The position numbers and the translations under genes are program-made. The notes under the pieces were generated by a model. It searched no databases. It was given only the letters and a program-made list of their open reading frames with translations, and had not been told where the DNA came from. A stretch of DNA of 64,000 nucleotides, taken from positions 253,146,001 to 253,210,000 of the forward strand of contig OZ024741.1 of NCBI GenBank assembly GCA_964016885.1. The letters are read 5' to 3'. This document shows positions 53,060-64,000 of the stretch, piece by piece (positions within the stretch are counted from its first letter, which is position 1; every line of letters begins with the position of its first letter). The stretch is from Eledone cirrhosa. Lineage: Eukaryota.

Positions 53060-54931
53060 TTCTCGTAGAGGAAGGATGGTTTCTCCATCCTTTTCACTGC
53101 TTGTGGCCTCCTCCGGAAGGATGTCCTTATAAATCCTCCTGGAGAGTGCTTGTCAGAAGTCTCCGATGTCTTTGGGGAATTTTTGTTTTAGTGTCGTGTA
53201 CGTTTTCTGTGTGATGCGAGTGATTTGTATGTGTGGAGGTGGTGTGAACTTTTGGGATGTTGTGTAGTCATTTTCTGTCATGCTGGTGTTGTGTTCGGTG
53301 TAGTGTAATAGTTGGTTGTTGTTCAAATTTAATGCTGTGTAGTGTGTATCGTTTTGTTTTGTTTGTGTTTGTTGTGGGTTTGTTTCTGTTTCGCTTTTTG
53401 GTGACTTTTGTGGTGTTGGGGTTAATGATGGTGATGGTGTTGGTGTTTGTGGTGATGGGGTTGGTGATGCTGGTGTGGATGGTGGCATAGCTGTCCTAAC
53501 TTTTTTGTTTGATAGTTTATTTGTTTCCTTCTGTATTTTGTTTTTGGAGGGGGAAGGAAGGGGATTTTTTTCTTTTTTGGCTTCTTTTTCTTTTTTCTTT
53601 TTTCCTGATACCGTTTCCCACTCCTCGTCGTCACAATCTGTCTCCAGTTGCGATAGGTCGGGGAGTGGAAAATCCTCCACAGGCGTTGGTTTTGGTTGTA
53701 GCGTGGTGGATGGTGTAGGCGCTGGTGCTAGTTCTGGCGCGTTGGGTGGTGGTGGTGTTGGTTTTGCTACTGTTGCTGGGGTTGTTGCTGCTACAGTTGT
53801 TGCTGCCATTTCTGCTGCTGGTGGTGTTGATGGTTGAGTCACTGGGGTGGGTAAGAGAGGTGGCCTCAACTTTTTAGCCTGAGGGCAGAAAGCCCTTAGG
53901 TGGGTTCCTTCACCACAAACGACACACCTAGGCCTTCTGCCCTCGACGATTACGGTGAGGTCTATTACCTCTGGTATCTCCTTAATGCTTTTTTGGTCCG
54001 CTTGGATCAGAAGCTCCATCCTAGATCCGGACTAGTTCTCCTGCTTTTCTTTCGCTATTTCGATTATCTTGGTGTTGGCCTCGATGCCGACGAGGACGGC
54101 AGCCATTAGCCAGGGAATTTCGATGGCCGGTCGAACGTGGGTTACCCTGATCTTCACGAGTCTCTGGCCACAATAGCTTGGGACGAGTGTGACGTCGTCA
54201 CTTCTTAATGGGGGCCATGGAGTGTTCTCTGGCCTCCTGTGGTGTTCCAAAGAACACGTCCACGGTTCCATATTTCTGCCCACGTCTGATGTGGGGTTTT
54301 TTGCCCACACATGTCCCAAAGCTTTTTGGATTTGGGACTCGGATACCCGTTCCACTCAGCGCGATTTTATGTTAATCGTCCGATAAGACACAGTGCATAG
54401 GCGCCGATGCTCCATTTTATTTGGTGTGTGGGGTGGGGGATGGGGGTGAGGTTGACCCTGTACCCATCTTTCTTTACCATTCTCTTGGCTTTGTCTAATT
54501 CCTCCTGAATTACCTGGATTGTTTCGCATTTTTGGGCTGCATTCGCAAATGACACGATGTTATTCTCATTGTTGTTGTTGCTGTTGTTGTTATTGTTATT
54601 TTTAGTTTCAGTTGTGTTGGCGTCAGTGGTGTTTGGTGTGGAAGAGTCCATTCTGGGTGAATCCATTTCAATGTCACGAGATAATTTATTTTTTTCTTTT
54701 GTTTCTGTTGTCGCTGTGGTGGGGGGGGGCGGCTTCAACACCTGCAGTCATTGGTAATGGCGGGAAATGAATGTCTGCATGAGACAAATTTAAATTATTG
54801 CTACTGCTCATATTTTTAGTGTTGGCAAACGTAGTAATATTTACAATGGTGGTGTTGGTGTGAGGTGTTAGTTTGTGAGGAAGGCTCTCAGCTACTTGGT
54901 GTAGCTGTGAGTCGTCCATGATTTTTTTCAA
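53060..54931 (-). pseudogene. Tx1-like ORF1 (gag-like, CCHC knuckle, Pro/Thr-rich tail), disrupted
   Basis: Fragments 54686-54931, 54367-54741, 54032-54355, 53153-54019; motif VEGRRPRCVVCGEGTHLRAFCP. Confidence 0.75.
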
Positions 54932-55148
54932 AGAAATCTTTTGTTTGATAATTATAAAAGTTTTAATTTTGAGCTCAAGACCCCAATCTTTTTGAGTGTC
55001 CTTTTCCGAAAGCAGATTTTGTGACTTTATAAATAGTTAACAACAAAAATTTTCCATAAATGGCAATTTTAAACAAACGAAAAGAACAAAACTTTGCGGA
55101 GCTCACGATGATACGATTTCCTACGTAGGTAGCCAATAATAATAATAA

Positions 55149-55197
<49 letters not shown>

Positions 55198-55198
<1 letters not shown>

Positions 55199-56224
55199 GA
55201 TTCTACTTAAAGAGATCTGAAGGTGGAAGAGGTCTTATCAGCATAAAGGACTGTGTTCAGATGGAGAAAAACAACTTGCACAAACATGTGACTGACAGTA
55301 GGGAGCCAATGCTCAAAATTGTACTGAAGGAGAAGACAATAGACCAGGGGATGTCCAAGGAAGAAATAACAACAAGGAGGAAGAGCAACCTTCACGAATA
55401 ATCCCTTCATAGCACCTTCTTTAAGGAAACTGAATTTAGAGATCCACAGACATGGAACTGGTTAAAAAGAGGAGACCTTAAAAAAGCTACAGAAGGAATG
55501 CTAATGGCTGCGCAAGAGCAAGCCCTCAGAACGAAGTGGTTGAAACACCATATAGACAAGGAGGAGGCTAGCTCACTGTGTAGGATCTGTGGAGAGAGGA
55601 GAATGTGGCTCACATTGTATCCGAGTGTAAATAAACACCTAGCCCAGACTCACTATAAAGGCTGGAGACATGATGTGATAGGCAGGGTGATCCACTGGTA
55701 TCTATGCAAAGTAAACAATTTACCACATTCTGAGAAGTGGTATGAGCATAAGCCAGAGTTGGTGATAGAAAACGATCAGGTGAAGGTGCTATGGGATTTT
55801 AGGATACAGACGGACAAGAAATTAGTACACAATAGGCCTGACCTGGTGGTTTTGGACAAGGAAAAAAGATCATGTCTGATTGTAGATGTAGCCTGCCCAT
55901 TCGACACGACAGTCCAAGAAAAGGTGAGAGAGAAAATTAACCGATACCAGGACTTAAAGTGGGAGTTAAAAAGGATTTGGAACTGCCATGAAATCAAGGT
56001 CATCCCGATTGTCATAGGTGCACTAGGTACTATCTCAAAGAGTTTCCATGGATGGTTAAAGAAGATTAGTCCAGCCCTGCTTTTTGGAACACTTCAAAAG
56101 GCATGCTTGCTGGGAACAGCAAGAACCCTGCGATACGTCCTGAATATCTGAGGCTGCAGGTAGTGGCTTGATATTCATTTCAACAAACTTTCCAGTTAAA
56201 TAACATCAATGACTGAGACTCAAA

Positions 56225-56225
<1 letters not shown>
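55198..56225 (+). mobile_element. R4/Dong-like RLE non-LTR retrotransposon, 5'-truncated 3' part
   Basis: RFYLKRSEGGRGL, LMAAQEQALRT, CRICGE, RHD, NRPDLVV, VIPIVIGALG, LQKACLLGTARTLR*; flanked by (AAT)n on both sides. Confidence 0.85.
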
Positions 56226-56287
<62 letters not shown>

Positions 56288-58481
56288 GTGACATAGACAT
56301 GCTGATAGAAACAATCAAGCAAAAAGTGTCGGCCAAAGCTGCTCGTATAAGGCACTTTGAAAAACGCTCTAGATTCTATAAGGACAATAATATGTTCAAA
56401 AACAACTAAAAAAACTTCTACAGAAAAATTGGCAAGTCAACAATAACTGCTAAATCAATACCACCCAAGGAGACAGTGCAAGAATTCCAGGAAAAGATCT
56501 GGGCTGAAGAAAAAGTTCATAATATACATGCCCCATGGATAGACAGACAAATGAAAAATACAGCTCACCTTGAGGAACAAACATTGGAAAATATAACAGT
56601 TGAACAGCTGCGTTTAGCTCTTAGAAAATCCAGCAAATGGAAATCCCCAGGGAAAGACAAAATACCAAATTTTTGGATAAATACCTTCACAGAGTCTCAT
56701 GAGCTGTTAGCCCAACTTTACAATGAAATGGTTAAGGAGCCAGAAAAGATACCATCATGGCTAGTTAACGACATTACATTCCTAATTCCAAAAAATGATG
56801 AGACAAATAATCCAAAAAATTACAGACCGATATCTTGCTTGACCACAATGTATAAAATCTTAACATCAGTCCTAACTGAATATACATATGACCACCTGAT
56901 AACAAAGGACCTATTTCCCAATGAGCAGAAAGGGTGTAAACGAGGCTCATATGGTTGTAAGGATCAGCTTTTGGTTAACAAATTGATACTGGAAGATTGT
57001 CATAATAGACACAAAAATCTATCAATTGCTTGGATAGATTACAAAAAAGCATTCGATAGTTTGCCACACAGTTGGATTGAAAAGTGTTTAGAGATTTTCA
57101 AAATATCTCCTATTGTCAGGAGGTTCCTGTCATTCAGTATGAAAACATGGAAAACAACACTCCTTTTGAATAGTGAAAAAAAATCACTGGAAGCTGGAGA
57201 AGTTAATATTAATTGTGGAATTTTTCAGGGTGACTCTTTATCACCGCTTTTATTCTGCATTGCACTTATACCATTAAGTAAAATGCTCAATGAAACAAAA
57301 CATGGATATAAAGTCTATGACAAAACCATTAATCACTTGTTCTACATGGATGACCTGAAACTATTCGCAAAAAAATGATGAGCAATTGCAAGGGCTATTA
57401 TCCACTGTGAAGCAGTTCAGTGATGATATTAAAATGGAGTTTGGACTAGATAAATGCGCCGAAGCCACGTTCACCAGAGGAAAGCTTCTGAGAAGTTCAG
57501 ACATTAATCTTGTTTGGGGGAATGTGATAAAAGAACTTCAAGAGGAAACTTACAAATATCTAGATGTTTGTGAAGAAGACGGAATCAAGCATTCGACAAT
57601 GAAGGAAAGATTAAGGAAGGAATGTTACCAGTAGTAACCTACAGTTTCAATGTCGTCAACTGGTCAAGCACAGAGATCTGTAGGCTCGATACAAAAATTA
57701 GAAAATTCTTAACCATGCACAGAATGCATCATCCTAAGGCAGATACAGATAGAATATATCTCCCTAGGAAAGAAGGAGGACGTGTATTAATCCAGTTAGA
57801 TATTGCTTTGAAAACTGCAACAATTTGATTATCTACATATCTAAGGGAGGCACATGATTGGATGATCAAACTCGTTTTGAAACATGAAAGCATCAAAAGA
57901 TCATACTCCATTACAAAAGATGAACAAAGATGCAGTAATAAACTACAAATTTCAGAAGTTTCCTTTACTGCTGAAATGAAAAACACAGAAAAAGCAAAAC
58001 AGGAAAAAGTAACTGCAAAGAAAGAACTGCTACAGAAACTGGCTAAGAAATGGCAAGAAAAGCCTCTGTGTGGAAAATACCCAGAAAGAGCTAACAATCC
58101 TGATGTTGACAAAACTTTAACCCATCAGTGTTTGGCATCCTCCGGACTGAAATCGGAGACTGAAGGACTGATTATATCAGCACAAGATCAGTATCTGCTA
58201 ACAAAAAATTATCAAGCCAACATAATAAATAATGGATGTAACCCATTATGCTGTGTATGTAAAAAAACAACCAGAGACCATTGATCATATAATTTCAATG
58301 TGCAGTCCTATAGCTCCAACCGAATACCTAAACAGGCATGACAGAGCTGCACAATACATACATTGGGTAATGTGTGAGCATTTTGACCTGCCCCATCAAA
58401 AGAATTGGTGGGAGCATCAACCACCTCCCATACTTGAAAAAGATCACATTGCATTCTTGTGGAACTTTAGCACCCAAACTG
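56288..58481 (+). mobile_element. Second R4/Dong-like element, truncated at both ends, RT to zinc knuckle
   Basis: WKSPGKDKIPNFW, NYRPISCL, EQKGC, WIDYKKAFDS, GIFQGDSLSPLLF, HLFYMDDLKLFA, FGLDKC, HHPKADTDRIYLPRKEGGR, RHD; begins directly after (AAT)n. Confidence 0.88.
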
Positions 58482-60150
58482 GTATTTCAGTCTTGTTCCT
58501 AAAAAGGGAATGTTGATTTGGTTGTAATTGTAGTCTGTTTGTCTGTTTTGTATGGGTATGTAGTTTGTTTTACATGAGGATTAATATGGTGATGGGAATG
58601 GTGTCTGTTGTAGTTGTTATTGTGTAAGAGTTCTGTTGTGGGTTCATGTGGTCTGGGTGGGTTCTTTCTGGAATGCATAGTGTTGATGTTGTGGGGTTGT
58701 TTTTTGTAGTGTTGGGGGCGATACCTGTTGTAGTCATTAATGTGGAAAGGTTTTGTTGGTATTTCATGTTGTCTGTGTGAGTTTCTTCTGAAGCGTATGG
58801 TGTTTGTGTTGCAGGTAATTCTATGTTATTTTGGGGTTGGTTTCTGTAGGAGATATTATTGTGGGTACCTATGTTGTGGTGGTTGGGTATGTTTCTTCTA
58901 CTGTAGTTGGTTGTATTTCGTCTGTGTAGAGTAGGGTTTTGTCTGTGGTTTATTTGTGTTGGGGTTGGAAGCATGCATGTTTCAGAGGGGGGGGGGCTCT
59001 TGTTTTGTTTAATTTCTTTGTGAAGGGGTTATCTGTGTGATGGAATGCTTTGAAATCCTCTTCATATTTGAAGAACCAATTTTCAGATTTTTCCCATCGT
59101 TTTAGTGAGATTAGTTCTGCATTCTCGCAGTCCTGTTTCCAGGATTTAATTAAATTTTGTAGGGTTGGTCCCTTAGTGTGTTTAGCACATTCTATTTCCA
59201 TTTGTTGGTCGATATCCTGGTATTTTTGTTCATTGGAGGTGGCTCTTAATTTTAAGAGTTCTATTTCCATATTCATTTTGTTGAGTGACATTTGTTCTCG
59301 TAGTTTCCGTTGTTGTTCAGGTTCATTAATTATGGGTTTTATTTGGAATTTACGGGGTAAGATTAGTGGTGTGGAGTTGATCCATTTTTCATAGATTCAA
59401 GCTTTGTTCATATTTTTCACTATATTCCAGAAAGTGAATTTTCTTGTTTTCAATTGTTTTTTCCAAAAGTGTCCAGTTTTGTTTTTAATGTGATGTGAGG
59501 TTTCTTGTTCTGTTTTAACGTTTATAAGTTTTTCCATGGAGTTGCATAAGTACTGTATGTTTAGGTTGAATTGGTTATTGGTTGTGGTAATATTGTCTTC
59601 GTTGTGTGGGGTTTTGTGGTTTATCAAGTTTTCTGTAAGGATTGTGAGTTTCCCGTTTATCTCTTGTAGAACTTTAAGGATTTTCTCATTTATATTTGTA
59701 GATGTGTTATCGGGTTCCAGTGCCATTTTCCAGATTTGTATAGTTTGATATATTAGAAAGGGGAAGTAAGGTTCTATACAAAACAGTGGATATAGAGAAA
59801 AGGTGAAGTTGGAAATAGCACGAAAAATATATTTAAGGGTCTGTTTTTTCTTTTTTTTTCATTTCTTTGATTCGTCAAAGTGACATTAGTGAAAAAATGA
59901 GAGGGACAATTCTTTTTAAAAAAAGTTTTATAAAGTATATAAAGTATATAAAGTATTACTGGTTTTGATGTATTATTAAAATTCCTCTTATCAAATGTTG
60001 AGTATTGCAATTAAAAAGAATTAATAGGAATTAAAAACTAAAAATTAAAGATTTAAAATTAAGTGTTGGAGTAAATTTTTTTCCTATCTTTCTTGCTGAA
60101 AAGTGGACTGGAGAATGAGTTCTTGTTAATAGAGAGAGAAGTGTGTAGTC
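58482..60150 (-). mobile_element. Probable 5' part (UTR plus ORF1-like remnant) of another retroelement; family unassigned
   Basis: ORF 59726-59397 continues through one stop into 59291-58950 (coiled-coil-like, WKKQLKTRK...LPRKFQIK...EIELLKLRA), then a Thr/Asn/Pro-rich tail; A-rich sense strand typical of LINEs; abuts the R4 fragment in opposite orientation. Confidence 0.45.
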
Positions 60151-60657
60151 ATAATTGTTTCTACTTTAGGCACAAGGCCAGCAATTACCCAGTGCATTAC
60201 TGGTACTTTATTTTATCGACCCCGTAAGGATGAAAGGCAAAGTCAACCTCGGCGGGATTTGAACTCAGATTGCAAAGGGACATAACTATGCTAGTAGCAT
60301 AGGGACAGACTATAATAGTAGCAGCAGTGTTGGTAGTTGTGTTTCTTCACAGAACAAAGTTGTGTTTTGGGGGGCAAAGGAAATATTGTGTAAATATGTG
60401 TGTATATATCTGATTGTGTTAATTGACTGGTCAAGAGTTCAAAAGGGGGTGGGGAATTGTAAGCTAGAGACAAATTCTATGGCAGCAGTAGGGTTGTAAA
60501 AGAAATTCTGTTATTGGAATATGGTTTTAGGGAGTGTGTGTATAGTGTGAGGGTGTATATATAACAATACACACGTGTGTGTATGGGGGAGGAGTTGTGG
60601 TGTGTGTGTGTGTGTTTTTTTTCAGCCTGTCTGTCACAGGTTTCTTTAGTGACACAC

Positions 60658-60709
<52 letters not shown>

Positions 60710-61424
60710 GTGTGTGTGTGTTTCAGCCTGTCTGTCACAGGTCCCTTTGTGGTGGGAAATTAAAAGAAAAATTTTTCTTCAAAATTCTAAAAATCCCTAA
60801 AACTTACAAAATTCCTTCAAAATTCAAAATTTAAGAACTTAAAAAAATAAAAAAAATAAAAAAAGTCAGGTTTCTACGTTATGAAACAAGTCTGGCCAAC
60901 TGGCTGCACCATACCTTGCTCAAATGGAACTGTATTTTGGCAGGGATTTTTACAGCTGGATACCTTTCCTAACACTAACTACATTTACATATATATGTGT
61001 GTGTATATGTTTGTACACAAGTGTATCTATGTGTTTGTGTGTAACTGAGCGTGTATCTATGACTGCATGTATGTATGCTTGTATGCATGTGTGAGTGTGC
61101 ACATATGTTTGCATGTGTGTGTGAAAGATTGTAAATGTTATAAGTACAGTGTGGTATGGATATGTGGATGTAGCATGACCGAATAGGTAAGGAGTTTGTT
61201 TCACAATTATTAGATTTCAGGTCGATCACACTGCATGTCATCTTGGCTTCAAATTTGGGTGAGAGAAAAGTTCTAGTTGATAATATAACATGGTGGAATG
61301 GTTAAGGGGTTTACTTTGCAATCATTGAATCAAGGGTTTTATCCTACTGTGTAGCATCTTGGGCAAGTAGCATTCACCATAGACTCAGATTGACTAATAC
61401 CTTGTAAGTGAAATTGGTTGGGTA

Positions 61425-61820
61425 ATCTCGGGTCCCAAATAATCACCCCTTCCCCCTCCCGCTTATTAATTTTTCAGATTTTTTCCAAGATCCCGCTCTT
61501 ATTCCAGCCCACCGCCACCCGTTTATTAAATCTTGATAATCTATCCCCAATGAAATTATATTTTAGGTTGTAGCATTCCTGCGACAATTTTCTTTAGACA
61601 TTAAAAAACATTACACATGATAAAAAAAGTACATTACTAGAAATCTCATATGTTCTAAAATAAATAGGATGGGTTGGGCACTCAATATGCAAACTAAACG
61701 ATTAATTCTGTTTTTTTTAAAAATCAACGGAGACAACATAGAAAAGTTACCAATTTTCCAAGCCCCTGCTTATGCCAGCCTCCATTTACCCCCTCCCCCC
61801 AATTATTTGGGACCCGAGAG
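61425..61820. mobile_element. Tc1/pogo-type MITE with TA TSD inside an old SINE
   Basis: TA-ATCTCGGGTCCCAAATAAT ... ATTATTTGGGACCCGAGAG-TA. Confidence 0.8.
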
Positions 61821-62834
61821 TAGATGGAAACTGTTTGGAAGGCTGTCAGATAGACTGTATCTGTAATTCAAAGGGCCAGCTTTTTCACTCACTATGTTAT
61901 GTTGAATCTCCCTAAGAATTACATTACAGGTTCTCATGTCTGTGGAACTCTCAGCCACTTACATGTTAATTTCAAGATCAGGCTGTTTTGTTTATTGAAC
62001 AACTGGAACATCATCATCATCATCATAATCATCATCATCATTATCATCATCATCAATGTTTGACAGCCATCTTCAATGTTTGCATGGGTTAGACAAGTTG
62101 TTATGTTATGGGTTAAGCCAGGTAAAGTGACTACACCTTGTTCATAGAGATATGTTTGGGATTTGGGTTTCTTTGGCCGGATGCCCTTCCTAATGCCAAC
62201 CACATTCCAGAGTGTACTAGGAGCTTTACTCATAGTATCACCACTACCACCTTACAGAGTTCACTCGGTGCTTTTTTATCATAATATTCAAAACTGTTGG
62301 AGGTCCTTCGATCAGTCAGTACATATATAGACATCAAATTAAAAAGTCATTAAAGTGTAGATAGAATGCCGTGCAGTATTTCATCCGTTTTCTGCACTCT
62401 GCAGGTGAATCCTTTTGAACTGATTTTGCCTTCCATTCTCTCATAGTCGAAAAATAAAATACCAAACCAGACTGGCAAAACTTTTAGAAAATCAAACTAG
62501 ATGCATCATTGTATCTCATCCCACATTTTGTGTTCTGATAGCAAGGCCTGCAATAAGACTAATTCCAAGTTGTATAGGTCCTTGTCTTTTCCTTTGATAA
62601 CAACAGTGGTGTTAAGAGTGGGGAGACTTGCTTGCATGGGCTATCACTGGTCTTCTATAAACAATTAAACATTTTTTTAAACATTTCCCAAGGCTGTGCA
62701 TTGTAAAAGAAATTTCCAGGTACAACTCAATAGTTTCACAAAACACATGGAGGTTTCCAATGTTAGTAGTACATGTAACATTGTCTTCTCAACCTTCTGA
62801 TCAACTGACATAGCAATATATATATATATATGTA

Positions 62835-63175
62835 GGCACATGGCTTAGTGGTTAGAGCATTGGCCTTGCAATCGAAAGGTTGTGAGTTCAATTATCAGAC
62901 CAGGTGATGTGTTGTTTCCTTGAGCAAGACACTTTATTTCATATTTCTCCAGTTTACTCAGCTGTAGAAATGAGATGATAGGGACTGGGGTCCCTATCAT
63001 TCCACTGCAAAATGGTTGTGGAGGTGCCACGGCAAAAAAGCCCCCAGCACTCACTGTAAATGAAGTTGGTGTTAGGAAGGGCATCCAGCTGTAGAAATCA
63101 AACCAAAATCAGTTCCTGTCCCATCCTTGCAAGCAGGGAAAAAGCGGACGTAAAATGAAATGATGATGATGATGA
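62835..63175 (+). mobile_element. tRNA-derived SINE with RTE-type tail, full length
   Basis: A box TGGCTTAGTGG, B box GAGTTCAATT, central CCTTGAGCAAGACACTTT, tail GGAAGGGCATCCAGCTGTAGAAA...(TGA)n. Other copies at 26555-26940 (+), 20330-20660 (-), 13470-13750 (-). Confidence 0.85.
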
Positions 63176-64000
63176 TATGTAATAGCTATATATATAATAG
63201 TTAGGAAGCTATATACGTATATGTAATAGCTATATATATATATATATATAATTGTTTCTACTTTTGGCACAAAGCCAGCAATTACCTAGTGCATTACTGG
63301 TACTTTATTTTATCGACCCCGTAAGGATGAAAGGCAAAGTCAACCTCGGTGAAACAGAGTACAAGAGTAGTATGGCATCAGATTGTTTAATAACTTGTGA
63401 GTGGAAGTCACAAGCATGGTTACTTAGGCTTGAGAGGTATGGAAAAAGACCTTTAAAATCTACAGAAGTGCAGATGTCTTCCACAGATGTTGCCTTAGGA
63501 CCATACTTAGGATTTTTTGATGTCACCACATATAGCTGTGTAGTCTACAGAATACCATCACTATATGATGATAGAAGATACTTGACCATGTGCTATGCAT
63601 GTACATGAAGAGACCAGAAAGGACCTCCTGTGAATGGAAGACAGGAGGCTGGTGTAGGAAACAAGACAGACACTTGTCAAGACTAGGTTGAGGTCTGTGG
63701 AGGAAGATCTGGCAGACGTGGGCCCCAGTCTGGGAGCAGGCTCATGACAAGGCTTCTGACGACTCCAATAAGTGTATCAGATATTTATCATATCACTCAT
63801 TTTACATGTAATTACTGATAAACACAAGTGCTCCATAGGGAGTAAAAGGAACTAAAGAAAGAAAGAAAGAAACAAGCAAAGGAGGATGGGGGAGATTGTG
63901 GGGAGGTGGATGAGAGGATGGGGCGGTAGGGGGAGAGGAGGAGACAGAGGAAGGGGATGGAGGGAGGTAGGAGGGAGGACTAAGAGGATGAGAAGAAGAT

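Larger units (their letters stand above)
49406..55134 (-). mobile_element. L1/Tx1-clade non-LTR retrotransposon, near full length, inserted in (TAA)n
   Basis: GC-rich block with ORF1 and ORF2 remnants; 3' end AATAAAGAAAGC followed by (ATT)n; 5' end also abuts (ATT)n. Confidence 0.88.

Noticed and set aside
62835-62910. tRNA gene
   Set aside because: A and B boxes are present, but the acceptor stem is absent and the sequence continues into a multi-copy SINE body.

Overview
Repeat-dominated, AT-rich eukaryotic DNA, almost certainly from a coleoid cephalopod (octopus-like), judged from the protocadherin type and the SINE/RTE landscape. The only clear host gene is a minus-strand protocadherin: one large exon at 30410-32842 (signal peptide, 6 cadherin repeats, TM, phase-0 GT donor), with candidate small 3' exons near 27.5-27.9 kb. 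The rest is transposon and satellite DNA: a full-length but decayed Gypsy LTR element (33350-39280; TGAC TSD, tRNA-Trp PBS, -1 frameshift site) and a Chapaev3-like DNA transposon, both nested in an RTE LINE just upstream of the Pcdh exon; a Tx1/L1 LINE and two R4/Dong-like elements stacked in (TAA)n tracts; a Penelope GIY-YIG remnant; tRNA-derived SINEs; MITEs; a 48-bp minisatellite; and long microsatellites. The most interesting pattern is a set of short non-coding elements in (TA)n tracts. They belong to several sequence-unrelated families but share one architecture: an inverted duplication, a minimal hammerhead-ribozyme core (CUGANGA...GAAA), and a conserved 3' hairpin ACTC-N11-16-GAGT(RC). 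All calls are by eye; no database search or folding was run.
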